Positions 10,994-21,708 of a stretch of DNA of 64,000 nt are shown here, piece by piece. Within the stretch, counting starts at the first letter, position 1, and each line of letters starts with the position of its first letter. The position numbers and the translations under genes are program-made. The stretch comes from Xanthobacteraceae bacterium (GTDB lineage Bacteria; Pseudomonadota; Alphaproteobacteria; Rhizobiales; Xanthobacteraceae): positions 17,749 through 81,748 of the forward strand of contig DATMGD010000009.1 of the NCBI GenBank assembly GCA_035555855.1, given 5' to 3'. Under the pieces are notes generated by a model. It was given only the letters and a program-made list of their open reading frames with translations, made no database searches and had not been told where the DNA came from.

Positions 10994-11560
10994 ATGTTCA
11001 TTCAGACCGAAACGACCCCGAACCCCGCGACGCTGAAATTCCTGCCGGGCCGCCCGGTGCTGGAAAGCGGCACGCTGGAGATGCGCAGCGCCGAATCGGC
11101 CGCGCGCTCGCCGCTCGCGCAGCGCCTGTTCGCCGTGCCCGGCGTCTCGGCGGTGATGCTCGGCCAGGACTTCATCGCCGTCACCAAGCAGGACGGCGAC
11201 TGGAACCACCTCAAGCCCGCGATCCTCGGCGCGGTGATGGAGCATTTCCTCGCCAACGAGCCGATCGTCGCCAAGGACGCCGACGGCGTGCCGCATAGCG
11301 ACGAGGAAGACGAATTCTTCGACAAGAACGACGCCGAAATCGTCGCGACGATCAAGGATCTTTTGGAGACGCGCGTGCGCCCGGCGGTCGCCAACGACGG
11401 CGGCGACATCACGTTTCGCGGCTACGTCAACGGCGTCGTGTTTCTCAACATGAAGGGCGCCTGCTCGGGCTGCCCGTCCTCGACAGCGACGCTCAAGAAC
11501 GGCATCGAAAATCTGCTTCGGCATTTCGTGCCCGACGTGACCGAAGTTCGGCCTGTCTAA
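10994..11560 (+). CDS. NifU/Nfu-type iron-sulfur cluster scaffold protein
   Basis: Nfu N-terminal domain (MFIQTETTPNPATLKF) plus a C-terminal NifU domain with CxxC (GACSGCPSS). Confidence 0.85.
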   Translation: MFIQTETTPNPATLKFLPGRPVLESGTLEMRSAESAARSPLAQRLFAVPGVSAVMLGQDFIAVTKQDGDWNHLKPAILGAVMEHFLANEPIVAKDADGVPHSDEEDEFFDKNDAEIVATIKDLLETRVRPAVANDGGDITFRGYVNGVVFLNMKGACSGCPSSTATLKNGIENLLRHFVPDVTEVRPV

Positions 11561-11580
11561 CAACACCTCTCGCGTCCTCT

Positions 11581-12264
11581 ATGCGCATTCTCGCGATCGA
11601 CACGGCGCTCGACGCCTGCTCCGCCGCGTTGATCGAGACGATCGACGACAGCGTGCTCGGCTTTGAGTCGCACGAGATCGGCCGCGGCCATGCCGAGCAA
11701 CTGCTGCCGATCGTCGACAGCGTAATGAAGAAGGCGAGCGCGCGCTTCGAGCACATCGACCGCTTCGCCGTGACGATCGGCCCCGGCAGCTTCACGGGCC
11801 TGCGCGTCGGCCTTTCGGCGGCGCGCGGCTTCGGCCTCGTTACGAAAAAGCCCGTCGTCGGCATTTCGACTCTCGCCGCCTTCATTGCGCCTTTGATGAC
11901 GCAGGATCAGGCGGTTCCGGTCGTCGCCGCGATCGACGCCAAGCACGGCAATCTCTACATGCAGATGGTCGGCGCCGGCGGCCGCACGCTGGTCACCGCG
12001 CGCGCCGCGAGCCTGCGCGAAACGGTGCGCGCCGTCGCGCTTGGCCCGGTGCGCATCGTCGGCAATGCCGCCGACATGCTGGCCGCGCACTGGCCGCCGA
12101 AACTTCCGCAGCCGGTGCTGGTCGAGCAGCGCGTCGCGCCCGACATCGTCTGGGTCGCGCGCATCGCGGCTGTCGCCGATCCCGAGCGCGCGCTGCCAAA
12201 GCCGCTTTATCTCAAACTTCCCGACGCGCAGCCGCAGACCGCGGGCCGCATCGCCCGGCAATGA
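11581..12264 (+). CDS. tsaB: tRNA t6A37 threonylcarbamoyltransferase complex protein TsaB
   Basis: MRILAIDTA N-terminus and GPGSFTGLRVG motif. It is followed by rimI with a 4-nt overlap, as in many bacteria. Confidence 0.85.
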   Translation: MRILAIDTALDACSAALIETIDDSVLGFESHEIGRGHAEQLLPIVDSVMKKASARFEHIDRFAVTIGPGSFTGLRVGLSAARGFGLVTKKPVVGISTLAAFIAPLMTQDQAVPVVAAIDAKHGNLYMQMVGAGGRTLVTARAASLRETVRAVALGPVRIVGNAADMLAAHWPPKLPQPVLVEQRVAPDIVWVARIAAVADPERALPKPLYLKLPDAQPQTAGRIARQ

Positions 12265-12770
12265 GCGGCTTTTTCGCCCGACTGTTTCAACGCCCGGCCC
12301 CTGCAATCGTCGAAGCGCGCCCGCGCGATGCGCGCGAATGCGCTTTGCTGCACGCCCAATCGTTCCCGATTGGCTGGAGCGAAAGCGAAATGGAGCGGCT
12401 TCTCCTGGATTCAACGGTGATTTGCCATCTTGCCCGGAAGAACGGCGGACGCGGCGCGGCGCTCGCCTTCATCATGTCGCGAATCGTCGCCGACGAAGCG
12501 GAAATCCTGAGCGTTGCGGTCGCGCCTAAAACGCGCGGCCGGGGCCTTGCCGGCGATCTCCTGCGCCATCATCTCGCGCGCGTTGCCGCGCGCGGCGCGG
12601 CGCGGATGTTTCTCGAAGTCGGCGAGGATAACGCGCCTGCCTTACGTCTTTATGCCCGTGCCGGTTTTCGCGAGGTCGGCAAGCGCGCGGGCTATTATCC
12701 GCGCGGCACTTCCGCTTCCGGCAAAAGCGGCGCGGTTTCGGCGCTTATCCTGCGGCGTGAACTGGCCTAA
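12261..12770 (+). CDS. rimI: Ribosomal-protein-alanine N-acetyltransferase (GNAT family)
   Basis: GNAT acetyl-CoA binding region (VAVAPKTRGRGLAGDLL). Translationally coupled to tsaB. Confidence 0.8.
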   Translation: MSGFFARLFQRPAPAIVEARPRDARECALLHAQSFPIGWSESEMERLLLDSTVICHLARKNGGRGAALAFIMSRIVADEAEILSVAVAPKTRGRGLAGDLLRHHLARVAARGAARMFLEVGEDNAPALRLYARAGFREVGKRAGYYPRGTSASGKSGAVSALILRRELA

Positions 12771-12834
12771 TCAAACGCGCGTTGCCCTCACGACAAGCGG
12801 CGACTAAAATCGGTAACGCAACAAAGGATTGCTT

Positions 12835-13284
12835 GTGAGCGGTTCGAAATTCCATCCGGCGGCCATTTCCGTCGAGGACGCCTGCGTCAAAAGCGGCATG
12901 CGCATGACCGAGCAGCGCCGCGTCATCGCGCGCGTCCTGGATTCGTCGCGCGATCATCCCGACGTCGAGGAACTCTACAAGCGCGCCTCCGCCATCGACG
13001 ACAAAATCTCGATGTCGACGGTCTATCGCACCATGAAGCTCTTTGAGGACGCCGGCATCATCGAGAAGCACGACTTCGGCGACGGCCGCTCGCGCTACGA
13101 GCAGGCGCCGGAGGAGCATCACGATCACCTCATCAATCTTCGCACCGGCAAGGTGATCGAATTCCGCTCGGAAGAAATCGAGAAGTTGCAGGTCGAGGTC
13201 GCGCGCAAGCTCGGCTTCAGGCTCGTCGATCACCGGCTCGAGCTTTACGCGCTGCCGCTCGACGACGACAAGAAAAAGTCCTGA
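12835..13284 (+). CDS. fur: Fur family transcriptional regulator (Fur/Mur type)
   Basis: Winged-helix region (MTEQRRVIARVL, STVYRTMKLFEDAGII) and HHDHL metal-site motif. GTG 12835 has better spacing to AAAGGA than TTG 12829. Confidence 0.8.
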   Translation: MSGSKFHPAAISVEDACVKSGMRMTEQRRVIARVLDSSRDHPDVEELYKRASAIDDKISMSTVYRTMKLFEDAGIIEKHDFGDGRSRYEQAPEEHHDHLINLRTGKVIEFRSEEIEKLQVEVARKLGFRLVDHRLELYALPLDDDKKKS

Positions 13285-13285
13285 C

Positions 13286-14131
13286 ATGATCCGCACGGCC
13301 TTTATCGCAGCGGCACTCGTGCTCGCGACCTTGATCGGCATTCCGCTGCAATGGCTGTCGATCAAGCTCGGCCTGCCGACGCGGCGCTTGATCCCGATGT
13401 ATTACCACCGGCTGTGTCTCAAGCTCTTTGGCGTGCGCGTCGAGGTGCGCGGCTCGCCGACGAAAGATCGCCCGCTCCTGTTCGTCGCCAATCACTCGTC
13501 CTGGCTCGATCATCTGATTCTGAGCGGAACGACGCCGGTCGTCTTCATCGCCAAGAAGGAAATCGCGAGCTGGCCGGTATTCGGCCTTCTCGCCAAGTTG
13601 CAGCGCTCGGTGTTCGTTGACCGCGAGCGGCGCCACAAGACCGGCGCGGTGACGCAGGAAATCTCGACGCGGCTCACGAACGGCGATCCGGTCGTGCTTT
13701 ATGGTGAAGGCACCACCGGCGACGGCAATCGCGTGCTGCCGTTCCGCTCGGCGCTTCTCGGTGCGATGGGCATGACCGTCGGGCCCGGCGAGAACGGCTA
13801 CTTGCAGCCGGTCTCGATCGCCTACACGCGGTTGCAGGGTCTGCCGATGGGCCGCCAGCACCGCCCGGTCGCCGCCTGGTTCGGCAACACCAACATCATC
13901 AAACATATCGGCCGGGTGCTCAGGATGGGCGGCATCGACGCCGTCGTTACTTTCGGCACGGCCATGGTCGTGACCCCGGAAATGGACCGCAAAAGCGTCG
14001 CGAAGTCCCTGGAGCAGTCGGTGCGGCGTATGACCACCGCGGCGCGCCTCGCCCGGCCGGAAATTGCTATATCTCACAATGCCTTAGAGATATCCCCCGG
14101 GGCCGTTTCCTTGCCGGCGGATTCCCGGTAA
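13286..14131 (+). CDS. 1-acyl-sn-glycerol-3-phosphate acyltransferase family protein
   Basis: N-terminal TM segment, HX4D acyltransferase motif (NHSSWLD) and YGEGTTGDG motif. Confidence 0.8.
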   Translation: MIRTAFIAAALVLATLIGIPLQWLSIKLGLPTRRLIPMYYHRLCLKLFGVRVEVRGSPTKDRPLLFVANHSSWLDHLILSGTTPVVFIAKKEIASWPVFGLLAKLQRSVFVDRERRHKTGAVTQEISTRLTNGDPVVLYGEGTTGDGNRVLPFRSALLGAMGMTVGPGENGYLQPVSIAYTRLQGLPMGRQHRPVAAWFGNTNIIKHIGRVLRMGGIDAVVTFGTAMVVTPEMDRKSVAKSLEQSVRRMTTAARLARPEIAISHNALEISPGAVSLPADSR

Positions 14132-14201
14132 GTAATACCGCACGAGCGAAAAGGCCCAGGGCCAGCCGCGATCGAAGCGGCGGGCGGGCAACAAAGGCGC
14201 G

Positions 14202-15596
14202 ATGAGCGGACCCCGCAAGCTATTCATCAAGTCGTTCGGCTGCCAGATGAACGTCTATGACTCCCAGCGCATGGCGGATGCCATGGCGCGCGAGGGTTAT
14301 GTCGAGACCGACCGGCCCGAAGACGCCGATCTCGTGGTGCTGAACACCTGCAACATCCGCGAGAAGGCGACCGAAAAGGTCTATTCGGACCTCGGCCGCT
14401 ACCGGCTGATGAAACAGGCCGCCGAGGACGAAGGCCGCCGCATGACGGTGACGATCGCCGGTTGTGTCGCACAGGCCGAAGGCGAAGAAATTCGCCGCCG
14501 CGCGCCTCATGTCGATCTCGTCGTCGGCCCGCAGAACATTCATCACCTGCCTGCGCTGGTCGCGCGCGGCAGGGCGGCGGTCGATACCGAATTTCCGGTC
14601 GAGGACAAGTTCGATCATCTCGCGCAGCCTGCGCGGAAGAACATCCGCGCGCGCGGCGTGACGGCGTTCGTGACCGTGCAGGAAGGTTGCGACAAGTTCT
14701 GCACGTTCTGCGTCGTGCCTTACACGCGCGGTAACGAGCTTTCGCGACCGGTACACAAGATCGTCGCCGAGGTCGAGCATCTCGCGGCGGCCGGCGTCGC
14801 GGAAGTCACGCTGATCGGCCAGAACGTCAACGCCTATCACGGTGACGGGCCGGACAACATGCCGTGGACGCTGGCGCAACTTTTTGAGCGCGTCGCCGAA
14901 GTGCGCGGCATCGAGCGCATCCGCTACATGACGAGCCATCCGCGCGACATGAGCGAGGATCTCATCAAAGCGCATCGCGACATGCCGAAGCTGATGCCGT
15001 TTTTGCATCTTCCCGTGCAGTCGGGCTCCGACCGCATCCTGAAGGCGATGAATAGAAAGCACGGCCGCGACGAATATTTCGACATCGTCGCGCGCATGCG
15101 CGCGGCGCGTCCCGATATCGCGCTGTCGTCTGATTTCATCGTCGGCTTCCCCGGCGAGACGGAAGAAGATTTCGAGGACACGCTCGATCTCATTCGCAAG
15201 GTGAAATTCGCTTCGGCCTTCTCGTTCAAGTACAGCCCGCGCCCCGGCACGGGTGCTGCCGACATGGACGACCAGATTTCCGAAGACGTGAAGACCGAAC
15301 GGCTGCACCGCTTGCAGGATTTGCTGGAAGCGCAGCGGCAGGAATTCAACCGCGCGCTGAAGCACCGCGAGTTCGACGTGCTGTTTGAAAAGCCCGGACG
15401 CCTTGAGGGCCAGATTCAGGGCCGCGCGCCGTATCTTCTGCCGGTGCAGGTCATGGGACCTTCGCAACTGATCGGCAAGGTCGCCAGGGTGCGAATCACG
15501 GAGATCAGCTCGAACAGCCTGTTCGGGGAACTGGTGAGCCTCGCATCGGATTATCATGGAGAGCCGCGCGCCTTCGCCGCGGCGGGAGCTGGCTGA
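14202..15596 (+). CDS. miaB: tRNA-2-methylthio-N6-dimethylallyladenosine synthase MiaB
   Basis: N-terminal [10 protein letters not shown] domain, radical-SAM CxxxCxxC (CDKFCTFC) and a C-terminal TRAM-like region. Confidence 0.93.
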   Translation: MSGPRKLFIKSFGCQMNVYDSQRMADAMAREGYVETDRPEDADLVVLNTCNIREKATEKVYSDLGRYRLMKQAAEDEGRRMTVTIAGCVAQAEGEEIRRRAPHVDLVVGPQNIHHLPALVARGRAAVDTEFPVEDKFDHLAQPARKNIRARGVTAFVTVQEGCDKFCTFCVVPYTRGNELSRPVHKIVAEVEHLAAAGVAEVTLIGQNVNAYHGDGPDNMPWTLAQLFERVAEVRGIERIRYMTSHPRDMSEDLIKAHRDMPKLMPFLHLPVQSGSDRILKAMNRKHGRDEYFDIVARMRAARPDIALSSDFIVGFPGETEEDFEDTLDLIRKVKFASAFSFKYSPRPGTGAADMDDQISEDVKTERLHRLQDLLEAQRQEFNRALKHREFDVLFEKPGRLEGQIQGRAPYLLPVQVMGPSQLIGKVARVRITEISSNSLFGELVSLASDYHGEPRAFAAAGAG

Positions 15597-16650
15597 TTTG
15601 CGCGACCCCGGAACGAACCGTCAAAAGGCCTACGACAAGCCTTCGCACGACAAGCCTTGGTCCGATACACGCGTGAAACCCGCCGAGCTCGTCCTCGAAT
15701 TCGACGACAACAAGCTCGCTTCGGCGCTGTTCGGGCGGCATGCCGAGAACCTCGCGCTGATCGAGCGCCGCCTCGGCGTCACCGCCGACCAGCGCGGCAA
15801 CAAGGTGACGCTGGAAGGCGAATCCGAAGCCTGCCAGCAGGCGCGCCGCGCGCTCGGCGCGCTCTACAAGCAGCTCAAGGGCGGCCATCACATTACCCAC
15901 GGCGACGTCGAAGGCGCGATCCGCCAGGTGACGCATGCGCCGCAGCCGGACGCCGAAGCGGGCCATCACGGCCATTTCGCGGAGATGCGTCTGCGCAAGC
16001 GCCTCGTCCGTGCGCGCACCGCCGGACAAGACAAATACATGCGGGCGCTACAGAACAACACGCTCGTCTTCGGCAGCGGCCCGGCCGGCACCGGCAAGAC
16101 GTGGCTCGCGGTCGCGCATGCCGTGCATCTTTTCGAGCGGCGCGAAGTCGATCGCATCGTGCTCTCTCGCCCCGCCGTCGAAGCCGGCGAGCGGCTCGGC
16201 TTTCTGCCGGGCGACATGCGCGAGAAGGTCGATCCCTATCTCAGGCCGATTTACGACGCGTTCTTCGATCTCATGGACCGCGGCATTTTCGAGCGCGCCC
16301 TGCAATCGGGCGACATCGAAATCGCGCCGCTCGCTTTCATGCGCGGGCGGACGCTCGCCAACGCCGCCGTCATTCTCGACGAAGCGCAGAACACGACGTC
16401 GATGCAGATGAAGATGTTTCTCACGAGGCTCGGCGAAAATTCGCGGATGATGGTGACCGGCGATCCGTCGCAGATCGATCTTCCGCCTGGACAGAAATCC
16501 GGCCTTGTCGAAGCGATCGCCGTGCTGCCGGGGCTTGCCGACATCGCGCATGTCGCGTTCGAGGCGAGCGACGTCGTGCGGCATGAACTCGTCGGGCGCA
16601 TCGTCAGCGCCTACGATGCAGCGGGCGCAAAACCCGCAACCAGGCCGTGA
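15556..16650 (+). CDS. PhoH-like ATPase
   Basis: Walker [10 protein letters not shown] and Walker B ILDEAQN. The start is ambiguous: ATG 15556 overlaps miaB by 41 nt, and the in-frame GTG at 15673 is an alternative. Confidence 0.85.
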   Translation: MESRAPSPRRELADLRDPGTNRQKAYDKPSHDKPWSDTRVKPAELVLEFDDNKLASALFGRHAENLALIERRLGVTADQRGNKVTLEGESEACQQARRALGALYKQLKGGHHITHGDVEGAIRQVTHAPQPDAEAGHHGHFAEMRLRKRLVRARTAGQDKYMRALQNNTLVFGSGPAGTGKTWLAVAHAVHLFERREVDRIVLSRPAVEAGERLGFLPGDMREKVDPYLRPIYDAFFDLMDRGIFERALQSGDIEIAPLAFMRGRTLANAAVILDEAQNTTSMQMKMFLTRLGENSRMMVTGDPSQIDLPPGQKSGLVEAIAVLPGLADIAHVAFEASDVVRHELVGRIVSAYDAAGAKPATRP

Positions 16651-17126
16651 GCGTCACCATCGACATCGCCGTCGAAGCGGAGAGTTGGCATCGAATCCTA
16701 GGTGCCGAACTGATCGCTCATCGCGCCGCGCAAGCGGCCTTTAGCGATGCCAAAATCAGCGAGGGCGAAGTCAGCATTCTCCTTACGGACGATGCCAGAA
16801 TTCACGAGCTGAACCGCACTTATCGAGGCAAGGACAATCCGACCAACGTGCTCTCCTTTCCGTCGGACGATAAAACCGAAAGCGGCGCGCGCTTTTACGG
16901 CGACATTGCACTCGCCTGCGAGACGCTCAATCGCGAAGCCGCGGACGAGGGCAAGCGGCCGGACGCGCATCTGACGCATCTCGTCGTGCACGGCGTCCTG
17001 CATCTTCTCGGTTTCGACCACGAGAACGAGCGCGACGCCGAAGCGATGGAAGCGCGCGAAACAAAGATCGTAACGAGCCTTGGCTTTGCCGACCCCTATG
17101 CGTCGGTCGCCGAGGAGAACGCATGA
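16647..17126 (+). CDS. ybeY: rRNA maturation endoribonuclease YbeY
   Basis: Zinc motif HGVLHLLGFDH. The GTG start overlaps the phoH stop (GTGA). Confidence 0.9.
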   Translation: MSVTIDIAVEAESWHRILGAELIAHRAAQAAFSDAKISEGEVSILLTDDARIHELNRTYRGKDNPTNVLSFPSDDKTESGARFYGDIALACETLNREAADEGKRPDAHLTHLVVHGVLHLLGFDHENERDAEAMEARETKIVTSLGFADPYASVAEENA

Positions 17127-17136
17127 AGGAAAGTGC

Positions 17137-18144
17137 ATGAGCCTCCCGGAACGCCATAACGCGCCGGACGGCACGGAAGCGCGCAATAGTGAGGGCTGGA
17201 TCGCACGCCTCAAGACATTGCTCCGGCGCGGTTCCGGCTCGCTCAGAAGCGACCTCGAAGAAGTGCTGGAGGAACACCAGCCCGGCGGCCAAACCGAATT
17301 CTCGCCGGCCGAGCGCACGATGTTGCAGAATATTCTCAGCCTCAAGGAGCGCCGGATCGGCGACGTCATGGTGCCGCGCGCCGACATCGTCGCCGTGCAG
17401 CAGGACGTCACGCTCGGCAATCTCTTGCGCGAATTCGCAAGCGCAGGCCATTCGCGCCTCGTCGTCTATAACGACACGCTCGACGATCCGATCGGCATGG
17501 TGCACATCCGCGATATCGTCGCGTACCTGACCGAACGCTCCGATGCCGCGCCCGAGATCAGCCCCGGCGGCGTCAACATGCACGAGCCGCTCTCGTCCGC
17601 GAAGATCGTGCGTCATCTTCTTTATGTTCCGGCCTCGATGCCGGCGATCGATCTTCTCGTGAAGATGCAGGCGACGCGCACGCATCTTGCGCTGGTCATC
17701 GACGAATATGGCGGCACCGACGGCCTCGTCTCGATGGAAGACATCGTCGAGCAGATCGTCGGCGACATTGAGGACGAGCACGACGAGGAAGCGCCCTCGA
17801 TCGTCGCGCAGCCCGACGGCAGCTTCATCGCCGACGCCCGCACGAGCCTCGAAGACGCGCATGCCGCGATCGGCGAGGATTTCACGCCGAGCGAGGCGCT
17901 CGAGGAAGAAGTCGACACGCTCGGCGGCCTCGTCTTCGGGCTCGCCGGGCGCATTCCGGTGCGCGGCGAAATTCTCAAAGGCCCTTCCGACTTCGAGCTT
18001 GAAGTGCTCGACGCCGACCCGCGCCGCGTCAAGCGCATCCGCATCTACCGGCGGCCGCAGCGCGAGGCCAGGAAGCGCCGCGACGAAACGTCCGCGCCCG
18101 CCGCCGCGCCCATATCCGCGCCACCTTCTGATAAAAGCGTCTAG
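17137..18144 (+). CDS. CBS-domain CorC/TlyC family protein
   Basis: Conserved position after ybeY. It has a CBS pair region (VMVPRADIVAV ... VVYNDTLDDPIGMVHIRDI) and a CorC/HlyC C-terminal domain. ATG 17137 is preferred over 17080, which overlaps ybeY. Confidence 0.85.
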   Translation: MSLPERHNAPDGTEARNSEGWIARLKTLLRRGSGSLRSDLEEVLEEHQPGGQTEFSPAERTMLQNILSLKERRIGDVMVPRADIVAVQQDVTLGNLLREFASAGHSRLVVYNDTLDDPIGMVHIRDIVAYLTERSDAAPEISPGGVNMHEPLSSAKIVRHLLYVPASMPAIDLLVKMQATRTHLALVIDEYGGTDGLVSMEDIVEQIVGDIEDEHDEEAPSIVAQPDGSFIADARTSLEDAHAAIGEDFTPSEALEEEVDTLGGLVFGLAGRIPVRGEILKGPSDFELEVLDADPRRVKRIRIYRRPQREARKRRDETSAPAAAPISAPPSDKSV

Positions 18145-18168
18145 CTCGAATTTGAGCTGGTGATTCGG

Positions 18169-19755
18169 ATGAAGCTCGCGGATATCGCCTACCGCATCGT
18201 GCTTGCATGGGGCTGGCGGCGCAGACTGATTGCGTTTGCGGCCGGCGCGCTGTCGGCACTCGCGATGGCGCCGTTCAATCTGTGGCCGGTGCTGTTCGTC
18301 ACGCTGCCGGTCTTGATTTGGCTTCTCGACGGCGCGGGTGCGGGCCGGACGGGATTGCGCACGGCGTTCTTCACCGGCTGGTGGTTCGGCTTCGGTTATT
18401 TCGTCGCCGGTCTTTACTGGATCGGCATGGCGTTCCTTGTCGATGCCGAGCAGTTCGCCTGGCTGATGCCGTTCGCGGTGATTGGCCTCCCGATGTTTCT
18501 GGCGATTTTCCATGCGCTCGCTGCGCTTGCCGCGCGCGCGATGTGGAGCGCATCTCCCGCGCGCATTTTCGCGTTCGCGCTTTCATTTGCCGCTGCCGAC
18601 TGGCTGCGCGGCCATGTGCTGACCGGATTTCCGTGGAACAGTTTTGGTTACGCGCTCGGCGATATCGGCGTGTTCTCGCAAGGCGCGGCCTATGTCGGCC
18701 TGTGGGGGCTCACGTTGATCGCGCTCGCGATCTTCGCGAGCCCCGCGACATTGATCGACAGATCGCAGCGCTTCGTGATGCCGGCCGCCGCGCTCTGTAC
18801 GCTCGCCGCCCTCGGTACGTTCGGTGCCTATCGCCTCTCCAGCATCGAAACGGCGTTCGTTCCGAACACGCGGCTGCGCATCATGCAGCCGAACCTCACA
18901 CAGGACGAGCGCTTCCGCACTTCGGCGAAGAACGAGATCATGGATCGCTATATCTCGATCAGCGATCGCGCGACGAGCCCCGAGATTCAGGGCGTGAAGG
19001 ATGTCACGCATCTGTTCTGGCCGGAGTCGGCGTTTCCGTTTTTTCTCGAGCGCGAAGCCGACATGCTGGCGCGGATCGCGAAGCTGATTTCGCCGGGCGC
19101 CTATCTCATCACCGGCGCAGCGCGCTACGACGATCCGAAACCGAACGAGCAAGTGCGTTACTACAACAGCATCCGCGTCGTCGGGCCCGACGGCGGCTTC
19201 GTCGCGACCTACGATAAAGTGCATCTGGTGCCGTTCGGAGAGTATTTACCGTTCCAGCGTTTTCTCGAGAGCCTTGGCTTGGAACAACTGACGCGCCAGC
19301 GCGGCGGTTTTACCGCAGGTGCAAAACTGCGTACGCTGAACATTCCCGGCCTGCCGCCGGCCGCGCCGCTCATCTGCTACGAGGCGATCTTTCCCGGCGC
19401 GGTGATGCCCGAAGGACCGCGTCCGGCATGGATGCTCAATGTCTCGAACGACGCGTGGTTCGGAAAAACGCCGGGGCCGTATCAACATCTTGCACAAGCG
19501 CGGCTGCGTGCCGTCGAGGAAGGCCTGCCGCTTGTTCGTGCAACGAACAATGGAATTTCAGCGATCGTTGATTCCGCCGGCAGAATTTTGAAAACGATCC
19601 CGCTCGGTGACGATGGCGTTCTCGATTCCGCACTGCCGATGCCTATAGAGCCTACCTTTTATGCGCGGTATCGCGACGCACCCGCGCTTCTGCTTGCACT
19701 GTGCTTCGCGTTTTTCTGCGTTCGCGCTATGCGAAAGCGCGACAAAACGTATTGA
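18169..19755 (+). CDS. lnt: Apolipoprotein N-acyltransferase
   Basis: Multi-TM N-terminal half and a C-terminal CN-hydrolase domain with the catalytic Cys context PLICYEAIFP. Start is ATG 18169 or GTG 18160. Confidence 0.88.
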   Translation: MKLADIAYRIVLAWGWRRRLIAFAAGALSALAMAPFNLWPVLFVTLPVLIWLLDGAGAGRTGLRTAFFTGWWFGFGYFVAGLYWIGMAFLVDAEQFAWLMPFAVIGLPMFLAIFHALAALAARAMWSASPARIFAFALSFAAADWLRGHVLTGFPWNSFGYALGDIGVFSQGAAYVGLWGLTLIALAIFASPATLIDRSQRFVMPAAALCTLAALGTFGAYRLSSIETAFVPNTRLRIMQPNLTQDERFRTSAKNEIMDRYISISDRATSPEIQGVKDVTHLFWPESAFPFFLEREADMLARIAKLISPGAYLITGAARYDDPKPNEQVRYYNSIRVVGPDGGFVATYDKVHLVPFGEYLPFQRFLESLGLEQLTRQRGGFTAGAKLRTLNIPGLPPAAPLICYEAIFPGAVMPEGPRPAWMLNVSNDAWFGKTPGPYQHLAQARLRAVEEGLPLVRATNNGISAIVDSAGRILKTIPLGDDGVLDSALPMPIEPTFYARYRDAPALLLALCFAFFCVRAMRKRDKTY

Positions 19756-19885
19756 CTTGCGCACGCGCTGCAATTCTAAAGGTTGCAGCCAGATGACATC
19801 CCCGTCAGACTGAATTGCCCGTCAAACTGAATCGTTCGCTTCGTCTCTCATCGTCGCGAAACACAAGTAGAGGCCGGAGACGAGA

Positions 19886-20302
19886 ATGACGAAAAAAGCT
19901 CCGAACCCGATCGACAAGCATGTCGGTTCGCGTGTGCGCATGCGCCGCATGATGATCGGCATGTCGCAGGAGAAACTCGGCGAAAAACTCGGCATCACCT
20001 TTCAGCAGATTCAGAAATACGAAAAGGGAACCAATCGCGTCGGCGCGAGCCGACTGCAACAGATCGCGACGGCGCTTTCGGTCCCGCCGTCGTTCTTCTT
20101 CGAAGGCGCGCCGGTTCCTGACGCCGCCGAAGGCGGCAGCGGTTTTTCCGAACCGTCCTCACCTGCTTATGTTTCGGACTTTCTCGCGACCTCGGACGGG
20201 CTCGCGCTCACCAAGGCCTTCATGAAAATCAAGGATCCGAAGGTGCGGCGGCGGATCGTCGATCTCGTCGAATCCATGGTCGCCGAAGATCACGAAAGCT
20301 AA
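19886..20302 (+). CDS. XRE-family helix-turn-helix transcriptional regulator
   Basis: HTH_3 region MSQEKLGEKLGITFQQIQKYEKGTNRV. The 138-aa protein also has a C-terminal domain I cannot assign. Confidence 0.8.
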   Translation: MTKKAPNPIDKHVGSRVRMRRMMIGMSQEKLGEKLGITFQQIQKYEKGTNRVGASRLQQIATALSVPPSFFFEGAPVPDAAEGGSGFSEPSSPAYVSDFLATSDGLALTKAFMKIKDPKVRRRIVDLVESMVAEDHES

Positions 20303-20488
20303 GGCGTGCGCTAGTTCGCCGCCGGCCGGGCCTTTAAACTCAATAATCGCCGTAAACCCGCTGATCGCTGTGAATTACCGCCGCGCTTGACCGCGGCGTG
20401 TAGAACTTGCGAGAAGGTGCGCGTTTGTCGCGGGCGCCTTGCGTCAGCTTTTCGCCCAAGCTTTTCGATTTCTCAGGGAGTATCTCCG

Positions 20489-21685
20489 GTGGCCCGTAAG
20501 AACTATCTCTTCACCAGCGAATCCGTTTCCGAAGGTCATCCGGATAAAGTGTGCGATCGGATCTCCGACGAGATCGTCGATCTGTTTTTCCGCGAAGGAC
20601 CGAAGCAGGGTCTCGACCCGTGGCAGATCCGCGCCGCCTGCGAGACGCTCGCGACGACGAATAAAGTGGTGATCGCCGGCGAAACGCGCGGGCCGAAGAT
20701 TCCGGCCGAGCAGCTCGAGCAGGTCATCCGCGGCGCCATCAAGGACATCGGTTACGAGCAGGACGGCTTCCACTGGAAGACCGTCGACATCCAGATTCTT
20801 TTGCACGAACAGTCCGCCGACATCGCGCAGGGCGTCGATGCGCAGCAGCCGACCAACCGCGAAGAAGGCGCGGGTGATCAAGGCATCATGTTCGGCTACG
20901 CGACGAACGAGACGCCCGAGCTGATGCCGGCGCCGCTCCACTACGCGCACAAGATTCTCCGCCTGATCGCCGAAGCACGCCATAAAGGCACCGAGAAAGT
21001 GCTCGGCCCCGACTCCAAGAGCCAGGTCACCGTGCAGTACGAAAACGGCAAGCCGATCGGCGCCCGCGAAATCGTCGTTTCGCACCAGCATCTCGTCGCG
21101 GACATGACGTCCAATCAGGTGCGCGAGCGCGTCGAGCCGTATGTGCACCAGGCGCTGCCGCAGGGCTGGATCACCGACAAGACGATCTGGCACATCAACC
21201 CGACCGGCAAGTTCTATATCGGCGGACCGGACGGCGACACCGGCCTCACCGGCCGCAAGATCATCGTCGACACTTACGGCGGCGCGGCCCCGCACGGCGG
21301 CGGCGCGTTCTCCGGCAAGGATTCGACCAAGGTCGACCGCTCGGCCGCTTACGCCGCGCGTTATCTTGCCAAGAACATCGTCGCCGCGGGCCTTGCCGAC
21401 AAGTGCACGCTGCAGCTGGCCTATGCCATTGGCGTTGCGCGTCCGCTGTCGATCTATGTCGACACGCACGACACCGGCAAGGTTGCCGAAGAGAAGCTGG
21501 AAAAGGCTGTCGCGGAATCGATGGATCTCACGCCGCGCGGCATCCGCAAGCATCTCGATCTCAACAAGCCGATCTATGCGCGCACTTCCGCCTACGGCCA
21601 TTTCGGCCGCGAGCCGGAAGCCGACGGTGGCTTCTCGTGGGAAAAGACGGATCTCACGGACAAGCTCAAGTCCGCGGTGAAGTAA
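20489..21685 (+). CDS. metK: S-adenosylmethionine synthase
   Basis: GTG 20489 lies 8 nt after GGGAG. Motifs are [32 protein letters not shown] and GGGAFSGKD. The ORF extension from 20387 is unlikely. Confidence 0.95.
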   Translation: MARKNYLFTSESVSEGHPDKVCDRISDEIVDLFFREGPKQGLDPWQIRAACETLATTNKVVIAGETRGPKIPAEQLEQVIRGAIKDIGYEQDGFHWKTVDIQILLHEQSADIAQGVDAQQPTNREEGAGDQGIMFGYATNETPELMPAPLHYAHKILRLIAEARHKGTEKVLGPDSKSQVTVQYENGKPIGAREIVVSHQHLVADMTSNQVRERVEPYVHQALPQGWITDKTIWHINPTGKFYIGGPDGDTGLTGRKIIVDTYGGAAPHGGGAFSGKDSTKVDRSAAYAARYLAKNIVAAGLADKCTLQLAYAIGVARPLSIYVDTHDTGKVAEEKLEKAVAESMDLTPRGIRKHLDLNKPIYARTSAYGHFGREPEADGGFSWEKTDLTDKLKSAVK

Positions 21686-21708
21686 CCCCGCCGCGCGGAG
21701 GTCCGCGC

